Assembly (NCBI GenBank): GCA_050999075.1
Contig: JBPCPO010000072.1
Span: 16,378 to 80,377, forward strand
Direction of reading: 5' to 3'
Origin: Solirubrobacteraceae bacterium
Lineage (GTDB): Bacteria; Actinomycetota; Thermoleophilia; Solirubrobacterales; Solirubrobacteraceae
DNA length: 64,000 nucleotides
How positions within the stretch are numbered: position 1 is the stretch's first letter; every line of letters begins with the position of its first letter. The translations under genes and the position numbers were made by a program. The notes beneath the pieces were generated by a model, which was not told the origin of the DNA, did no database searches, and was given only the letters and a program-made list of their open reading frames with translations. Shown one piece after another: positions 61,401 through 64,000 of the stretch.

Positions 61401-61556
61401 GTAGCCGAGGCTCGCCCGGGCGACGGTGGGGCGGGCGTAGCCGAGCACACCTCAGCCCCCGACGTCGCCGAGAACGAGGGAGTCGTGCCGGTGCACAAGC
61501 CCAAGCCCTCGCCCAAGGCCAAGCCCCGCAGTCGCCGGCACGGAAGGCACCGGTAG
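58410..61556 (+). CDS. secDF: Fused protein translocase subunit SecDF
   Basis: LGLDLKGG, GVAADANIVIFERVKEE, GIDFTSGT, GYSLYDTIIVFDRVREN. Confidence 0.95.
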   Translation: MSDRKRYGFVLLLVVGLVAASLVAMTQLKTILGLDLKGGVELVYQGQPTRQTPVVTQAALQRAVDIMRERVDQLGVSEPQIQTSGGKQITVGLPDVTDVRRAEQQVGTTARLEFYDWEATALTPNGKIVADQLQTQDPLAIQISRGLGAGSPGNPGGGSTSLFNAVTLASKQPSQVSSDNARNGPQYYLFGAPGSAACATAAKDQGKPATPGVHCLLSGPDQNMQDLVTGVPPGVSPSGGTTLIVPEGTVVLQAADASASHKTAFNDPLAQFYVLKDHVSLLGTDITNPQQSTDQTGNPDVTFSFTAKGKTEFQNVTAAIAHRGDRVSGLGQKLYQHFAVALDNKLVTVPFINFTTDPDGIPGDSGADITGGFTIQSAQDLATQLRLGALPINLTLISESQVSATLGKQALHQGLLAGLAGLLVVVVFLLVYYRVLGVIATAGLLVYAIYFYALIKLIPITLTLAGIAGLILTIGVAADANIVIFERVKEEIRAGRSIRQGIITGYRKGLTAIIDANVVTIMTAFILFVLATADVKGFAFTLGIGTFVSLFTAVLATQAILMTMGSSRVISRPSALGAGGKKRAWRFDFMGASKYFFSMSGAILLIGALAIGGRGLNLGIDFTSGTRIAVGLEHPASVQQVKSLVTAAGASNVTVQGVSGDKTLGPDGFQISSKQLQPTGVASVRSALQTRFGIRANGNDINTTSVGPTFGTTVANSAVIAIIASLLVISAYVALRFEWKFAIPVLIALMHDLLITAGVYSLTGRAVTTDTVAALLTILGYSLYDTIIVFDRVRENIPRMPRAAFSQIVNRSMSEVLTRSIATTSCTLMPVVALLLFGGGGVLGDFAFALLIGVASGAYSSIFIASPVLTHWKERETLYRGRRRRIVAETGFVPAYAASATDVDPTPTRARRTGRLTTPEAETVSAAEFEQMKRDLEIEADLAPPRPSTRSITKRLARGPGADQPPPAAGTNGGTGNGGPREVDGTAEARPDDGGAGVAEARPGDGGAGVAEHTSAPDVAENEGVVPVHKPKPSPKAKPRSRRHGRHR
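61368..61445 (+). repeat. 36-bp tandem duplication in the SecDF tail
   Basis: AEARPDDGGAGV / AEARPGDGGAGV / AE. Confidence 0.8.
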
Positions 61557-61558
61557 CC

Positions 61559-61846
61559 ATGGGCATGCTCGCATGGGTGATGATGGGCTTGGCGCTTTGG
61601 CACTTCACGATCTGGCTGCCCGATCGATACTGGGGCGGGATTGTGGGTGCCTTCATCGGCGCCATCCTCGGCGCCGCGCTGTTCGGGCTGATAGTCAACG
61701 GGTTCGTCATCCCCGGACGTAGTGCGACGCATCTGAGCACCGCGCTGGAGGCGATTCCGGGCGCGCTGATCGGCATGGCCATCGTGTACCTCGAAGGTCT
61801 TCGCCGCGTGCGAGCCGGCGAGGCGGCCGGGATCGAGATGAGCTAG
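61559..61846 (+). CDS. Small membrane protein (GlsB/YeaQ-like)
   Basis: 95 aa, three hydrophobic Gly-rich helices, starts 2 nt after the secDF stop. Confidence 0.75.
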   Translation: MGMLAWVMMGLALWHFTIWLPDRYWGGIVGAFIGAILGAALFGLIVNGFVIPGRSATHLSTALEAIPGALIGMAIVYLEGLRRVRAGEAAGIEMS

Positions 61847-61941
61847 AGACCGCGGGTACGGGGACCCGACCTGGGGCCTGGTTCAAGCGTGTTTCCGCCG
61901 CGCCCCGGTCTGTCCGCCGGGGCGTTACCTACCCTGGCGGT

Positions 61942-64000
61942 ATGCGTAACCCCGCACTGGCCGGCGCCCCGTCGCCGGCTGCGATTGTGCCCACGGCCTC
62001 GCTGCGCGTGCTGCCGGGAAGCGCAGAGCCAGGGGATCCACCGGAGCTCCGCGCCGCGCCTCCATCCCCCCGGCTCGAGATTCCCGGTTACGATCTCGCC
62101 GCTGCACTCGTGCTCGAGCGTGAGCTCGGGGTGAGCCACGTCCTCGCGCAGATACTCGTGCGCAGGGGGTTCCACCAACCGTCCGCGGCACGGGGGTTCC
62201 TGGAGGCGGCGCAAGTGCACGAACCGAGCGCCTTCGCCGGAATCGATGCCGCGCTGGGACTGATCCGGCGCCACATCGCGGCGGGCAGCCGGATCACCGT
62301 CCATGGCGACTATGACGTCGACGGAGTGTGTGCCACGGCGGTGATGGTCCGCGCGCTGCGCGCGCTGGGGGCCAACGTCGGCTGGTTCCTACCCGCTCGG
62401 CTGGAGGACGGCTACGGGATCTCCCTGTCCACCGTGCAACGACTAGCCGCTCGGGGAACGCGGCTGCTGATCACCGTCGACTGCGGGATCACCGCCGTGG
62501 AGGAGCTCGCCGCGGCGCGCGCGGCCGGAGTCGATGTCGTGCTGAGCGACCACCATTCACCCCGGGCCGACGGCGCGCTGCCGAACTGCCCGATCGTCCA
62601 TCCGGGGGTTTGCGGCTATCGCTTTCCCGGGTTGTGCGGCACCGCGGTCGCGTTCAAGCTGGCGCTGGCCCTCGGGGCGAGCACGGTCACCGAGGACGTC
62701 GAGCTCGTTGCCCTCGCCACGGTCGCAGATCTCGTGCCGTTGCAGGGCGAGAACCGACGTCTGGTCCGGGAAGGCCTGGTCGCCCTGGCCAACACCTCGA
62801 AGCCCGGCCTTCAGGCGTTGATGGCGGTCGCACGGGTCGATCCGAGCGCGCTCGATGCCAGCGCGCTCGGCTTCCGATTGGCGCCGCGAATCAACGCCGC
62901 CGGACGGCTGCGACGGGCCGACGCGGGCCTTGAGCTGCTGCTCACCGATGATCGGCAGCGTGCGGTCGAGATCGCCGCCGAGCTCGACGCCGTGAACCTC
63001 GAGCGTCGAGCGCTCGAGCAACGGATCGCCTGGGAGGCTGAGGCGCAGGTCGCGCAGCTCGGGGAGCGCGACGCGTATGTGCTGGTGGGTGAGAACTGGC
63101 ACCCCGGCGTGATCGGGATCGTCGCCTCTCGCATCGTCGAGAAGCACCATCGGCCCACGGTCCTGATCGCCTTGGACGGAGGATTGGGTACCGGGTCGGG
63201 TCGCAGCATTCCGGGCTTCGACCTGCTGGGTGCGCTCCACGCCGCCGGGAGTCACATGGAGCGCTACGGCGGTCACCGGGCCGCTGCGGGGCTGACTGTC
63301 AGGCGTGATCGCGTGCTCGCCCTCCGAGACGCGCTCGAACGCTTCGCGGCGCAGACCCTGACCGCGCAGCTGCGCGGTCCAGTCGAGCGAGTCGACGCCA
63401 TCGTCTCAGGCTCCGAGCTCGGCCTTTCGCTGGCCGAGGAGCTCGCCTTGCTCGAACCGTGCGGAATGGGCAATCCCGCTGCCCGCCTGCTGGTTCCCGG
63501 CGCACGCCTGCACGACGTGCGGCCGATGGGCGATGGCCGCCACGCGCGATTCTCGGTCAGCTCCGGCGGGGCGCGTGCGCGGGCGGTCGCGTTCGGATGC
63601 GATGGACGGATCGTCGGCGCTCCGGGCGAGCCGGTTGACGCCAGCTTCCGGCTCGAGCGCAACGTGTGGAACGGGACGGTGGAGCCACGATTGGTGTTGC
63701 GCCACGGGCAGTCGTGCGCGCCTGCTCCGATCGGGTTCCTCGAGGAGCCCGGGGACTACCTGAACGCGGTCCTGACCGAGCTCGGTGCGCCGGCCAACCG
63801 CTCGGGCTCCGGACCTGACGCGAGGGCGCTCGGGCCTGAGCCCGATGCCGGGTGCACCGGCCTGCGGGCCGGTGCACCCGCCAGGCGCACGATCCTCGAT
63901 CGGCGCGGCCAGAGTCCGCTGGCGGTGCTCGCCGATGCGATGGCGGCCGGGGAGGTGCTGGCGATCTGTGCCGATGTTTCCCGACGGCTCGAGGGACTGC
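61942..64000 (+). CDS. recJ: ssDNA-specific exonuclease RecJ (runs off the window; absent from the ORF track)
   Basis: ATG at 61942 6 nt after TACCCT; HGDYDVDG, ITVDCG, SDHH, ATVADLVPL, APRINAAGR, WHPGVIGIVASR, GSGRS, GGHRAAAG. Confidence 0.95.
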   Translation, partial: MRNPALAGAPSPAAIVPTASLRVLPGSAEPGDPPELRAAPPSPRLEIPGYDLAAALVLERELGVSHVLAQILVRRGFHQPSAARGFLEAAQVHEPSAFAGIDAALGLIRRHIAAGSRITVHGDYDVDGVCATAVMVRALRALGANVGWFLPARLEDGYGISLSTVQRLAARGTRLLITVDCGITAVEELAAARAAGVDVVLSDHHSPRADGALPNCPIVHPGVCGYRFPGLCGTAVAFKLALALGASTVTEDVELVALATVADLVPLQGENRRLVREGLVALANTSKPGLQALMAVARVDPSALDASALGFRLAPRINAAGRLRRADAGLELLLTDDRQRAVEIAAELDAVNLERRALEQRIAWEAEAQVAQLGERDAYVLVGENWHPGVIGIVASRIVEKHHRPTVLIALDGGLGTGSGRSIPGFDLLGALHAAGSHMERYGGHRAAAGLTVRRDRVLALRDALERFAAQTLTAQLRGPVERVDAIVSGSELGLSLAEELALLEPCGMGNPAARLLVPGARLHDVRPMGDGRHARFSVSSGGARARAVAFGCDGRIVGAPGEPVDASFRLERNVWNGTVEPRLVLRHGQSCAPAPIGFLEEPGDYLNAVLTELGAPANRSGSGPDARALGPEPDAGCTGLRAGAPARRTILDRRGQSPLAVLADAMAAGEVLAICADVSRRLEGL

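Overview
Very GC-rich actinobacterial chromosome segment. Gene content and order suggest Thermoleophilia/Solirubrobacterales; this is an inference. It is mostly core genome: comM(partial)-dprA-thiD, ilvD, an L,D-transpeptidase, xerC, a WhiG/FliA sigma, an EF-G paralog, rnhA-xseB-ispA-dxs-tlyA-nadK-recN, pyrG-M20 peptidase-nudF-xerD, mutM, grx, recO-dgt-dnaG, tRNA-Asn, glnK-amtB, tRNA(CAT), pdxST, CDP-sugar and glycosyltransferase genes, yebC, ruvCAB, secDF and recJ(partial). No CRISPR array, transposase or prophage is visible. The best candidate for an undescribed system is a two-gene unit at 2346-3230. It encodes an 82-aa protein ending in a ubiquitin/MoaD-like tail ([11 protein letters not shown]) and a membrane-anchored Cys/His/Asp protein of unknown family, with no E1/E2/JAB/PafA gene in the window. 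Other points: pervasive leaderless-type promoters, a sigma28/WhiG-type promoter on a degenerate-GGDEF/HD-GYP gene, an AmtB with His-to-Glu in the twin-His motif, two REP-like palindrome clusters, three gene relics and several unannotated small ORFs. All calls come from motif reading; no database searches were run.
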